Shown piece by piece: positions 1 to 13,055 of a stretch of DNA of 64,000 bases. The stretch lies in contig NC_134025.1 of the NCBI RefSeq assembly GCF_964204645.1, positions 18,575,101-18,639,100 on the forward strand. Reading direction: 5' to 3'. The stretch comes from Tubulanus polymorphus (taxonomy: Eukaryota > Animalia > Nemertea). The position numbers were made by a program, and so were the translations under genes. Within the stretch, counting starts at the first letter, position 1, and each line of letters begins with the position of its first letter. The notes beneath the pieces are model-generated. The model searched no databases. It was given only the letters and a program-made list of their open reading frames with translations, and had not been told where the DNA came from.

Positions 1-568
1 CCATATAGTAGTCTGTATGAGCGTGTGTTTGTGTGTGCAACAGTCTAATGTTTAGCACACGTAGAGGCCTTGTGCAGTGAACCTTCGCTTCACTTCAATC
101 TCAATCAACACAATCACCGGGTATCAAAATTAGACAATACCTATGGCGATATGTGAAATAATTATATTCTCACCAGCAATGAGCAATTAAAATTCGCACA
201 CACCTTGTCCAAAGAAACGTTCGCCATAAATGGCTTCCCCATTATTATTCTAGTAGCGCCGGAATTCCCCGTATATCCCAAAAACAGCCAATCCCATTCG
301 CTCGTCGAGACGACGCTCCCACAATCGAGGTCATTGCAATTTTATACGCAAGAGCTAAGAATTTTCCCGCCAAAAACAGTTTTTCGTCGAATTTAAACAA
401 AGTTGACCATGTCATCGACGGAGGTTCGTCATGTCTTCAATCGCATCGATTATACATCGTTTAACCCGAGAACCAATGAAAAAAATGCTCACATAAAATA
501 ACGTACCGCGACTTTACATGAATTGGCTCAATGCCAACCTCATACTGCTGATAAAGGTAAACCAAAAA
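1..568 (+). mobile_element. 3' part of Helentron-like non-autonomous element (family Y)
   Basis: 1-345 aligns to 25787-26152 and 436-568 aligns to ~27283-27412. Ends in AAGGTAAACCAAAAA, the inverse of the TGGTTTACCTT seen at the 5' end of the other copies. Confidence 0.7.
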
Positions 569-1378
569 GCCATAATCACACGCAAAAACAACGGAGACAT
601 CATCATCAAACCTGCTGACAAAGGAGGCACCACTGTCATCATGAATCGAAACGACTACATCAACGAAGCACACCGCCAACTTCACAATACCAACTTCTAC
701 AAAAAACTCGACCAAGACCCCACCAGCCAGTTTACCAAAGAACTCAAACAACTCATCAAACCTCTACCCACCGAATTGAAGAACTACTCGCTACAATACC
801 AGCTGATCTGACACCGGGCACCTTCTACATTCTCCTGAAGATACACAAGAAGAATAACCCGGACGCCCAATCATCTCCAGCATCGGGACTATCACCGAGA
901 ATATATCTGGCTACATAGATCATCTCCTACTTCCACACCACAGATTTCATCAACAAACTCGCAAACATCAAAGACCTCCCAGCAGACACCCTACTCGTCA
1001 CTATGGACGTCACAGCTCTCTACACCAGCATACCACATGAAGATGGACTCACCGCAATTTCCAGAACCTAACCTAACAACGAAAACTCACAGACCATCAT
1101 CGATCTCACCAAGTTTGTACTCAAACACAACTACTTCAAATTCAACGGATCGCTCTACATCCAGACCAAGGGTACAGCTATGGGCACCAGAATGGCCCCC
1201 CAATACGCCAACATATTCATGTCTGTCATTGAAGAAGACTTCCTCAAAACACAGCAGCACTCGCAACTTTTATACAATCGCTTCATCAACGACGTCTTCA
1301 TCATTTGGACGCATGGGCTTGAAAAACTACTTGAATTCCACAGAAACTTCACCAACTTTCATCCAGCCATCGAACTCA
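569..1378 (+). pseudogene. Penelope-like retroelement reverse transcriptase fragment (frameshifted)
   Basis: Motifs [48 protein letters not shown] and RFINDVFIIW (decayed RYIDD) spread over several frames. Confidence 0.88.
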
Positions 1379-2199
1379 GTCGACTCTGTTTATTTTACTT
1401 TGATTTAGTTTAATTTTGATTTATTTCTCTTTGATTTGTTTCAGTTTGTTGTTCCTTAATTAATTAATTATCTACTCACTCACTTAGTTATTAATTATCA
1501 TGTCACTCATTATTTATTTGTAATTACTCTTCTCACTCAGTTCTCTATAATTAGTGTCAGTCTACCTATAAATACTGTTGTTTTCCCATTGACTCTACTC
1601 TAAAAAACATGGTTTCCCATCGAATTCAATGATTATCGCTCGTACAATCTGGTTTATTTCGTCGTTTTAATTACAAAGTAATGTCTCTTTCTAAAGAGCA
1701 ACGAACATAGCGAACTCTCTTAATAAATTGATGAGTTGTAACCTTCAATCTGTAGCTGTAAATAGTGAGTGGATGACTCTGTTAGAGGATTATTTCGTCA
1801 ACGATTGTCAGGACATTCCTTCCTCGTCGTCTGAAGAAGATTCAGACAATGAATTATCTGAGATTGCAGTCGAACAAAACTGTGTAAATAGTAATGTAAA
1901 TAACTCGCAATGTTCCTCTTTTAATTCCGTGTCAACTCTGGATGCTACTCCGCTTTCGTCATCATCAAGTAGGCCTAGGTCGAAACAGTTACAAAATTAA
2001 GGCGATGTTAACCTAGCTGCGGCCGCTGCAATTTCACTGCCGCTGGTTAGCCCTACATGTAATCGGCATTTATTAAGTGATGGCAGGATTTTTACAAGCT
2101 ACAATGCATATATGATCTTAGACCATACAAATCTTTTAAGCCCTGCTTGATCTTAAACATTTAAGATTTTTCAATTAATGCTATTTCATGTTTCCATAC

Positions 2200-2943
2200 C
2201 ATTTGATCTATCATTTTCTGAACCTTGTTGTGATTTTTCTATAAGGCTTTTGGCCTTTTCAACGGTTCCTCCTGAAAAATATGTATAAATATATGTAGTA
2301 GAGACTATATTGAGGTAAACAAAATGGAACCTTATTCAAACAATTTGTATAAGTGAAAGAAACGAAAGTGAGATGATGCTGGCTGGTAAAGATATTTCAA
2401 AAGTTCTCAGTATCTAGATATTTTCATAATCTGACCGCTTGTATTTCCACAGATACTAATGGAACCATCTGGTGACTTGACATAAACAAACACCTGGCAT
2501 TTACTTTCAACCAGCTTGTCAGCCTTAGAAAAAATACAAAAAAATTAGTGTACAGTTAAGAGTGTATAGATACACACATTGAATAAAGGCATAAAAAATC
2601 CATGACTTGCTTAGAATATGACTAACCATAACTTCCAGATCTCGCATGTAACGTGGAATGACACCCAACATCATTTTCCTTTTGAAGCTCAGCGTATGAT
2701 CTTCTGATTTTTTGGCTGTAACTTTTTGGTCATTTTCATCATAACTATCAATTGATCCGATGGTTTTGGTGGCTTTCGCATTTGTCTCTTTTTCTTGGCA
2801 CAGTATCTCCTGCTCAGATGATTCAATTCTCTGAATTTCTTTTGAACCTCCCCTGGATTTTGCATGAAGTGTATGATAACAAATTTCCTCTGGTGGCAGC
2901 TGGTTCCATAAAATGGTGATAATCTTCTTTTTCGCTGGGATAT
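2200..2943 (-). pseudogene. Putative spliced gene remnant (three exon-like blocks, weak HMG-box-like motif)
   Basis: Pyrimidine-tract AG acceptors next to 2943, 2523 and 2271; GTTAGT and GTATGG donors next to 2627 and 2200. Open frame across 2943-2627 includes LWNQLPPEEICYH. Confidence 0.35.
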
Positions 2944-3064
2944 CTTGACATAAAATACCATATACAACATGTATTATTCGACCAAATTTGTAAGCACTAA
3001 GGCATATGTTCAGTTATAATGCTTAAAAGGTGATTGCCTATGTAATGAGAGATGATTTATACAG

Positions 3065-3362
3065 GCAATTGGTAGGGTTCGAACCTGATGGCATCGCTAC
3101 ACTCAGCCACGGCACGAAACCCTGCCACATTCGACTGGGTGCGCAAAGTTAGCTGCAGAAAAGTTGTGGTACCGATTAGATTGCCCCTTGTATAGTTGCC
3201 GAGACAAACCTGACCAAAAAAACATTAAAAACCCGGGCTAAAATAAAACAGGATATCTGGTTGGCTAATAATGACTTCATTTAAGCTGTGCATTGTAGCT
3301 GTGCATTTGGGCTAGTGTGGCAGGGTTAAGTAACGTGCCATCGGGTTACTGCTGGGGAGGAT
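3065..3362. mobile_element. MITE family A, degenerate copy
   Basis: Similar to 49906-50175 (GAACCTGATGGC..CTACACTCAGCCACGGCAC..GGGGAGGAT). Confidence 0.65.
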
Positions 3363-3775
3363 ATGATTGTAAGTGGGCTAAAAAAGAACCAGGGCTACCA
3401 ACCTTGAAAAAACCTTTCAGGGACATTAAGATTTTTTTTCAGGGAGCAGACACATTTCTCAGGGACATTCAGATTTGAGCATAGTGCTAGGGACTTATCA
3501 TATACTCCCAGGGACAAAATTTTACAGAAGAAAAAAATCAGGGACAATTTGATGACACTCAGGGACTCAACAAACAATTTGACAAACAAATGCATTTCTG
3601 AGCTTCTGAACACAACTTTTATTGAAAATCATTACAAGAATTAGTTGCAGACTTCCATTTTTTCATAACTAAGAATAGAAGTAACACAATTAATTTCAAC
3701 AATTTTGAAAAAAAATACAAAATATTTGTTTTTTGCGTACAGTCGAATAATTACATTGTAGTTAGTAACTTTGCA

Positions 3776-6482
3776 TCAAGCATCATCATCGTCATCATCA
3801 CCACCAAGCCCACAACATGCAGCCGATTTACATTTTTTAAGTAATGCCGATGAACATTTTCTATTATAACATACACCCTCATTTTGGTTTAGGATCATTA
3901 GACTTTCTAAAGTACTGACTGACATGCAACTTCTAAAATTGGTTAGGTTTTTCCGAACTAAGCTAAACAGCCTCTGACAGGCAGAATTACTATTTGGAAT
4001 ACACATAATACCTAACATAACCTGAGCCAACTTAGCATATTCTAGAGCCCCTTGTGGCTTCATCAACTGTTTTAAATCTGAGACCATAAATAATCATTAC
4101 GATGATTTACATCATCTATGGGAGGTAATTTTGGCAAAGTTTCTTCCACCAGATACATATTAAATTCTGATTCAATTTCATCAATATTCTGATTCAATTT
4201 CATCATTACTACAGCTTATGCTGCCAGTAACTTCACGCCTACGGCGAGCGCTGGAGGCGCGAAGTAATGACGGGGGTCAGAAAAATTTGATTTTTCACAT
4301 CGTCTCAGAACATTTTTCAGCAGTTTTAACATTAAAAGTGCACTCAGATAATCAAACAACATGGTCCGATGTTTTACCGTTAACACACTGCTGGTTCCAA
4401 GACAAGTCAAGATGCTCATCATCTATTAATTTGCATAAGAAAAACAATGTAGGCGGGGCCAAAAGCCATTTTTCATAACTACACACGAGCAACACTCGGG
4501 AAAAAAATCTATAATTTAGATACATATATCCACAGACACATGGTCATGATTATTAATCTTTTTCAACAAAAAATTTTAGGAAATGAAGGTATAACCTTGT
4601 AGTATATGATTGTAAGTTTACCATAGCTTTATTCTTGTGCCCTTTTGTAGCAGCATTCTCAACTGCTTCTTGGGAATCAGTATCAGTCTGCTTTTTAAAG
4701 AAATCTAATAAAGGATACCATTGCTCTAGTACCCAAGTTGCAGTTTGCTCTAATGACAACCATCTGGTCGGTACATGCTAGTCGTAAACGGTCAGGACCT
4801 TTTTCAAGGTAATAATATACAGCCACAAAGAAAGCATCAGACTCTATTTGTAATTCTTTACAACCCCAATATGCAGACAGATGAAACCTATGACAATTAC
4901 AGCCGGCTAAATACAAATTTGGAATTTGTCTAAGTTACCGACCATACACACCTTTGTTGGTACCTACCATTGTGTTAGTGTTATCAGCAGAAAAAGCCAA
5001 ACAATTTTTAAGTGGAATGTCATTAGAATTTAGAGTTTCAGTAATAATCTTAGCAATATTTTTACCAGTTGAATGGCCTACACAGTCCACAAGTGCCAAT
5101 GTTTCATTTTTAATTAATCCATCAGCAATTCTATTCACAACAACTGGGTATACCTTTTCTTTCCGTCCTCTGTCATTTGAGCCATCAGTGCTTATGGAAA
5201 AGGGACCACTTTGCATGTAGTTAATTGAACGTTTTTATGAATCTCTGGCCAACTCCTTTGTTATGTATCCAGCCTTTGTTCTTCCACATGAAAAATTTCT
5301 AATCATGTCTCTGACTTTTGAATTTGAAGGGAACATTGCCCTCAGAAGAGAACCTAAAATAGAAATTTAACCTTTTTATTTGTTTAAATAAAACAGATTA
5401 CAAGTGATAATAAATTGATTAACAATTTCCTTTTACTATGAAATTTTAAAGGAAGCTGATCAATTGATAATAGTAATCAAAGTTTGAAATTAAAATCTAT
5501 TTGAATTTGAAATATCATATCTTATTCATAGTAATGATTTGTTGTCACAACATATTATCTGCTGTATTAAAATCTTTCAATGGGGAGTTTTTAAATCTCA
5601 AACTCTCAGATTTTGCTGAGTTTATTTTGAAAAAATTTTTTTCAGTAACTATCCGATAATAAGTCTTCTAAGTACATACAGCCATTATATCTCTAGCACA
5701 ATGAGCTGGATGCCGCTGATAAAAATTTGTTTACATTAGCTGAACCAGATTCACCGCTAATGAGTGTGCTGGCCTACTCGATTTTTACACGAGCATAGCT
5801 GCAGGTGAATCATCACGAAACAAAATGTCAAGTGTTGCCAAGGCTACCAGGCATACAAACAAGCTCTATAAGGTTCATAGAAAGCCAGATAGATGGCATA
5901 GTAGGCACTCTTCTAACCACTGCGACCTGACTTCATAACCCGCAAAATCTCAAGAGTACAACGACTGTGTCGTCTGGTCACACCCCGCATTGATTGAGAA
6001 TTTTAAAACAAAATAAGATTTCATTTCACGAAATCAGATTCAGATTGATTTTAAAATCATTTCATTCACTAAAAATAGACAAGAACTTTAATAGGCATAC
6101 TTACCAAAATGATCAGCAGCAGACAAGGAATATTGTGTTCCACTAAAAATTCCCAAAATAAAGATTCAGCTCTGATTAGATCCAATGAACAATCAGATGT
6201 AGATGATTGTGTGAAACCCATATCCATTTTTTTTGTAAGATTTTTCTTAGGGATTGATAATTCAACATGCCGCTTCGTTTTAACATGCCAACTACAATCA
6301 TAGCGTCCTCCGTGTGAAATAGTAATATCGCAGTGACAGGCAGTGCAACTTATGTATTCATCCCCTTTGCTAGATCAAACTAACACTGGGAATTCACTTG
6401 TGTATTCCTTTCGATATTGACATATCCGCTTCTTTACAACTTGAACATTATTATCCGTGTCAGACAATGACAATGACACCAT
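3776..6482 (-). pseudogene. hAT transposase pseudogene, 2 exons (6482-6105; 5353-3776)
   Basis: BED finger CTACHCDITISHGGRYDCSWHVKTKRH. A GTAAGT..AG intron (6104-5354) splices to DHFGSLLRAMFP..FSCGRTKA. Also FSISTDGS, SADNTNTMVG, GCNCH and the dimerisation motif IPNSNSACQRLFS. Contains stops, frameshifts and an insertion. Confidence 0.88.
4240..4548. repeat. Interspersed repeat interrupting the hAT transposase
   Basis: Aligns with 39573-39898 (GGCGCGAAGTAATGACGGGGG...CATATATCCACAGACAC). Confidence 0.75.
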
Positions 6483-7400
6483 GATTGTTCAACGCACGCG
6501 CTCAATGGCACACGCTGAACACTATAACCATAGCGCCCATGCTATAACCGGGAAGTTGTATTGATCGAACATCAAGTGTTGCCAAGGCTACCAGGCATAC
6601 ATCGACGCGTGACCTCATTCGCTTGTAGATAAAAACACACCTTGTAAGAGTCAACGGCACAAGTCCCCGCGAAAACGGGATGGTTGGCAGCTTTGAAGAA
6701 CTAACACAGTCAAGTCACTTACGCAGGAAGTTTTGATGTACCTATAAGCTTAATTACATACCAAGAATAGTGGACAGTAAAATATACCAACAAAGTTTTA
6801 AAGTAATTGCACATTGATAATATGTCAAAGTTTTGTAACTGGAAAATCTGGAAAACTTCATTTATGATTGAGTATTATGGGATTGTCTTATCCGTGGACC
6901 TACCATGGTGACAATTACAGATGTCCATTTTAGCCACTATTTTTTGACATCAAGAAAGCTGACTGGTGTAGTTCATGGACCTAGTATGTAGCACTCTCAA
7001 GGAATTCAAATGTCTGCCATGGCAGCCAAATTTGAAGAGCAAGAAACTTCAGAATCTTTTCAAAAGGTGTTATAAGTGGAGATGTAAATTATTAAGCCCA
7101 TTATGTAAACCAAGTTCAAAAGAAATTGCATGCTACTTCATGTGTTTAGACAAAGTTAAGAAGTCCGCTGTGGGGGCCATATTAAGAGCTAGAAAGCTTA
7201 TTTTCCTCAGGTTTCTTCCATGGACCAACGATCTTTCAAGGAAACTGCACATTATTTGAAGCTTGTGGAGTGCTAACAGCGTACAACGCACGCTGAGCAA
7301 AATAGAATGTTGCGGTGACAATTTTGATCAAAAGGCATGTCATTGGAGTTTCTTAATTTGGGAGAGGTCTATAGGCTTTGAAAGGGGAATCTTCAGGATT

Positions 7401-8440
7401 GTACTTTCAAACTACCGTAAAAACCGGCGTATAAGTCTACCCGCCATATAAGTCGAGGTCGATTTTTAGGCCTAAAATTCATGATTTCAACATATATCCG
7501 CCCTATTAGCCTAGTCCCTTCCTCGGAATAAATCTTTCGTCAAGAATTTTTCAGATACATGATATTTGACTGCAGAACATCAACGGAAATGAAGAACCGA
7601 TCCTGGGGAAATCCCAGTACCGGTAAATGGAAAATGAAGATTAGAACTGAAACTCCGAAATGAATGATATATGAATAAAAGTTATACTATCGCGATGTTA
7701 ATACCGACACTCGGTATTATATGAATTTATATGTATAGTTGTATGAAAATTAATAATAAAACTAGCAAGTGGTGAAATAGTTGTTTATTTAGCAAACCGC
7801 GGTAATTTAGGTAATGTTAAATCGGCACCACAAATTGTGCACGTTAAATATATCAATCACATACCGGTACCTTAAATGATTGAAATTAGATTAAAGAATA
7901 ACTTGTCTTACAACAATCTTGTACTTTCAAACTACCGTAAAAACCGGCGTATAAGTCTACCCGCCATATAAGTCGAGGTCGATTTTTAGGCCTAAAATTC
8001 ATGATTTCAACATATATCCGCCCTATTAGCCTAGTCCCTTCCTCGGAATAAATCTTTCGTCAAGAATTTTTCAGATACATGATATTTGACGGCAGAACAT
8101 CAACGGAAATGAAGAACCGATCCTGGGGAAATCCCAGTACCGGTAAATCGAAAATGAAGATTAGAACTGAAACTCCGGAATGAATGATATATGAATAAAA
8201 GTTATACTATCGCGATGTAAATACCGACACTCGGTTTTATATGAATTTATATGTATAGTTGTATGAAAATTAATAATAAAACTAGCAAGTGGTGAAATAG
8301 TTGTTTATTTAGCAAACCGCGGTAATTTAGGTAATGTTAAATCGACACCACAAATTGTGCACGTTAAATTTATCAATCACATACCGGTACCTTAAATGAT
8401 TGAAATTAGATTAAAGAATAACTTGTCTTACAACAATCTT
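7401..8440. repeat. 520-bp tandem duplication (7401-7920 / 7921-8440) including the pogo left end
   Basis: Direct comparison; about 7 substitutions seen; TTGT microhomology at the junction. Confidence 0.95.
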
Positions 8441-10577
8441 GTGATCATCACATACAATTAACTAAGGGACTAAAGGCTAATTTAAGTGTATTGTTTCCAT
8501 GCTGTGAACCGGCACTATTAAGATAATGTAAAATTTGAAGCACTGAAAGTTTACTAATTTTACTTCCAAGAATACAGTTCACTGTAATTAACCAATAGAA
8601 ATCAAGAATTTGATGCAACATCGCTCTCGATAGCGCAAAATCAAATAAAAAGCCCCGGGGCAGGGGGAAATTCAAACAGTATTCAAACAACGTCATCAAC
8701 TATCAATCATGAGCCAGCAACTGCGAAAAAGAATGAAATACGATGCCAGTTTCAAACTGAAAGTGATCGAAGCAGCGAGAGAATCAAACAACAGTGTAGC
8801 AGCCCATCAATTCTGCATCAACGAAAGATTGGAGAAAGGCGGAGATGTCCCTTAAAGAAATGCCGAATAATAAATGTGCAAACCGTGGGCAAAATCAGCG
8901 TAAAAGGCTGAAACTTGAAGCCGCAATTACCGCATGGGTCCATTCCTAAAGGCAGAGCGGCCACATCATAACACGAGCACTGATAAGGCTGAAATCCCTC
9001 CAGTGGGCCGAGAAGAATAAACAGGACAGCGCCGACTTCAAAGCAACAGCCAGCTGGTGTGCCTGATTCATGCGGAGAGAAAATCTAGTGCTTCGTCAAA
9101 AAACCAAAATTACGCAAAAGCTACCAAAAGATCTAGACGATAAGATCACGCAGTTCCAGTCGTTCATCATCAAGCAACGGAAACTGAAAGATTATGACAT
9201 GGCACACATCGGCAATATGGATGAATCGCCGATGTTTTTCAATATCGTTGGAAATCGAACCGTTAACATGAAAGGCGAAAAACGATTCTTGTTAAGACAA
9301 CTGGGCAAGAAAAACAACATTTCACTGTCGTTCTCGCTTGTCTCGCTGATGGCACCAAATTACCACCGATGGTGATTTTCAAAAGAAAGACTCTGTCAAG
9401 GGATAAATTTCCCGCTGGCGTTGTCATTCATGTCCAGGAAAAAAGCTGGATGGATGACGCTGGATGCGTTTAAACGGTTGGATGAAGTGTTGGGCCGTCG
9501 GCTAGGTGGATTATTAAAACCAAACTCATTATTAGTTTGGGATATGTTTAAATCCCATCTAACGGATAATGTGAAGCAACATTTAAAACCGCTTAAACGT
9601 TGCATGGCGGTTATTCTGGGTAGTTTGACATCCGTACTACAACCACTCGACATTTCTTTGAATAAACCATTCAAAGACCAAATTTCGGAAAAAAAGGAAC
9701 GAGTGAATGGCTTCAGGGCAGCATTCTTACACACCTGCAGGAAATATGCGCGCTGCCTCTTTACCGACAGTGTGTCAGTGGGTAAAAGGATGCCTGGGAT
9801 TTAGTCGACCAAGCAATCGTAGTCAAATCCTTTAAGAAATGTTCAATTGCGAATGCGATGGATGGAATGGAAGATGACATGCTTTGGGATGAGGATGACG
9901 ATATTCCTCTCAGTGAATTGCGGACCGCGGTGAATGATGAATCTGATTAAAAATCTATTCAGATCCGTATGATGATAGCATTCGAACCGATGAATGGGAC
10001 CTACCGTTTGGTGGCGGAGCCCGTTCAGACAAGCAAGTGTCATGTCTGATTGGATGAACAACCATTGAGTGATTGTGATTAGTGCTGGTGTTAATTATGA
10101 ACTATTGTATAATGTGATTGCCTGTGCTCGTAAATATTGTAATTGATTCTGGTTCCAATAAATAAGTTTTATTATAATGAATTACTTTCTTTGTTGGAGT
10201 TACCGGAATATTTATGGGATTCGAACACAATAGGAACGACTATCCATAAATCGCGTGCTACTCGTCCGATTCATTTGCCGATTAAATTTTCACAAATGTA
10301 TTTCCTTTATTTGAATAAATATCATAAAATTGATACAAAAAATGATTATGAGAAATACGGTGACGAAAGGACGATCGCTTATATGGTTCACAAACATGGC
10401 GGCACTTGATTAACAACTTCGCCAGTCCACATCGTATAAGCAAATACTTCGTCGATGAACTATTTCTCGTGACCTTAAAATACTAGTAGAAAACTGTACT
10501 CGGCGTATAAGTCGAGGTAAAAAATTCAGTGGTAAAATCATTGGTTAAAAACTCGACTTATACGGCGATTTTTACGG
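7415..10577 (+). mobile_element. pogo/Tigger-type DNA transposon
   Basis: TA|CCGTAAAAACCGGCGTATAAGTC ... GACTTATACGGCGATTTTTACGG|TA; TA target duplication; subterminal GTATAAGTCGA repeats. Confidence 0.92.
8709..9950 (+). pseudogene. pogo transposase pseudogene (Brinker-like DBD, CENP-B HTH, DDE_1)
   Basis: MSQQLRKRMKYDASFKLKVIEAA, FKATASW, IGNMDESP, LLVWDMFKSH, LTSVLQPLDISLNKPFK; multiple frameshifts and stops. Confidence 0.9.
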
Positions 10578-11858
10578 TACTTAAGAAATCTTTTGTAAGA
10601 AGTGCTTTAAAAGGACAGGTTAACAATTTTGATTGTCTGGTTAGGGAGTGTAATTGAGCAACTCACAGTTGAGAACAATTATTTTGGGGAAAGTCATGTG
10701 TGTGAACGAAAAAGATTTCCCTTGACATGACTCGACTCACCACTAGTTGAGAGAAATACAACAATCTATTTCTCACGACTCAGTGGAAGAATGAAGAGAA
10801 ATCTAGCCAATCAACATGCGGTATATTCACACAAATATACCGCATGTTGATAGATCCTCTGACACCAGGCATAAGCAATCTAAGTTTGACCGACAACTGC
10901 GTTCATTTTATCTTATTCGTAAATGTTTTTGATTTCATCTTTAATTATGATTTCTTGTTCATCTATCTCTGGGTAATGGCACTGCCGTATCTATGTTCAG
11001 CTGGAGTTGTGTGCGTGTGTGAACAAAAATTTCAGTTCGGATAACTTCTAAATTTCTCAGTGAGAAACACACTAGACGTATTGGCCCAACTAGAGGGGAA
11101 ACTAGAGATTCACGCCAAGCAGCGGAAAGCAAAAATGGCCACGCGCCGCATTGTGGCAATGTAGAATATGTGTATGCATTCAATTATTTCAGCTGTTAGG
11201 GTTCAAGGCACAATATAGTATATGGCGATGTGAAGAAATGTTATTGCCACAGTGAAGCTCGTGAGGAACTGTCCTGATTGAGTGTACAGCAGTCAAAAAC
11301 ATATAGATTGTCTTATAATAATACTTACTGTCTGCACCAGTCTACTACTTCTATTGCAAACAATGCATTATTCAATGAAGCACTCATGCGACAAGACAAT
11401 AGCTGCATCCATCAGGGTCATGGAATTCATAAGTGTCATAGGCAATGAAAGGAGCCTCGGTGATCTTGTTGAAACTTTTTACGCTTGCAAATTGCTGACC
11501 CGGGTTCGGATACTGCTCTCTATTTTCACTAACCCTTTTCTCCACACTTTCCTTGGATTTTCTAAGTCGCACGCCGCAGTTATAATGCTGAATTGGCAAA
11601 ATAGCGTTAACATGAATTGTTAAAGCATTGGCAAAATATCACCTGCCAAATTGACTGACAATGATCGTTGTGATCTGTGTGCAGGCAAAAAGATGCACAC
11701 CGATCACAATACTACGGATCAACCCCTAGCTGCCAACTGGAATTCCAAAAATTCCCCCCGAAATTCATCAAAACTTACTTTGATTTGAAGTGAGCGCTCA
11801 GGTTCATTCTCGAGATATTGATATCGGAGGATGTTGAAGTGAATAAAATCTTGTAAAG

Positions 11859-13055
11859 TGTAAAATCTTTGAGAGAAACAATTTAAAAATTACAATCGAA
11901 GCTAATTAGAAGACTACAAACTACCTGGATGTAACCCTTGACTTGAATACCGGTGTATACTATCCATACACGAAACCAGGAAATGTTCCCCAGTACGTAA
12001 AGCGCCAGAAGCAATCACCCACCGTGCATAATCAAAGCAATACCGGAAGGCATTAACAAAAGACTGTCAACAATTTCATCAAATAAGGAGTCATTTGATA
12101 AGACCAGGCACCTATACCAAACTGCATTGGAAAAAAGTGGTTATAATTACCAACTGGACTATAAACCGACAAATGAAAATGGCAGAAAGAAATCAAGATA
12201 AAAAAATATAACATGGTACAACCCACCATATGACATGCGTGTAACCACGAACATAGGTCGTCAGTTCCTTAGAACCATCGACGAATGCTTTCCAACCGTA
12301 CATGTGCTCAAACCAATTTTCAACAGGAAAACTATCGTACAGTTGTATGCCAAGTGTAAAAAATACTACTGACCAGCATAACATAACCAGCATTCCTTGC
12401 AAAACAAGAGCTCAAAATCGCGAGAATAAACCATGTAATTGTAGAAAAAAGGAATCTTGCCCTTTAGATGGTAAATGCCGAGAAAAAGACATAATTTATC
12501 AGACTTAAGAGCTAACCGACGAAAAAGAGGAAACATGCAAAATTTAAACTGCGGTATGCCAATCATAAACAGTCGTTTTCCAAATGAAAAAGAGGAAACA
12601 TGCATTGGACACTGAATTTAAACTGCGGTATGCCAATCATAAACAGTCGTTTTCCAAAGGAAAATATAAAAATGCAACAGAACTGAGCAAATACTTGTGG
12701 TCTTTGAAGGAAAAAAACATCAGTTATGACATCAAATGGAAAATAATGGACAGGCTAACCTGTATTCTAATATTACTAAGCGTTGTTATCTATGTATCCT
12801 AGAGAAATATTTCATAATATACCACAGCCACCAAGCATCATTGAACAAGAGGTCAGAGCTAATAAATACGTGCAGACATGCTAATAAATTTAAACTAAAA
12901 AATGTGTAACAGCTGAGAAATCTAGAGCGTTAAGATGTTTACGACTCATCTGTGACTGTGTACCACCTATATTGTACTGTTGGATATGCACTTCAGTCAG
13001 AAGAAAACTGTCCTGAAGAATGGAGGCTTTGGTCTCCATGAAACAGATTTGTAAA
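11859..13055 (+). mobile_element. Penelope-like element 3' half (Naiad-type): RT thumb, CNCR..CPL.G.C linker, GIY-YIG endonuclease, 3' region
   Basis: [87 protein letters not shown]; stop at ~12910. Confidence 0.85.

Larger units (their letters stand above)
3390..6695 (-). mobile_element. hAT DNA transposon with 6-bp TSD (hAT6-like), decayed autonomous copy
   Basis: TIRs CAGGGCTACCAACC / GGTTGGCAGCTTTG; AAGAAC duplicated at 3384-3389 and 6696-6701; transposase remnants inside. Confidence 0.88.

Noticed and set aside
1728-2000. Acidic Ser-rich 90-aa ORF
   Set aside because: Low complexity, no recognisable motif or element boundaries.
12945-13005. SECIS element in the Naiad 3' region
   Set aside because: A hairpin is possible, but the 3' GA of the quartet and the apical AA motif could not be placed.
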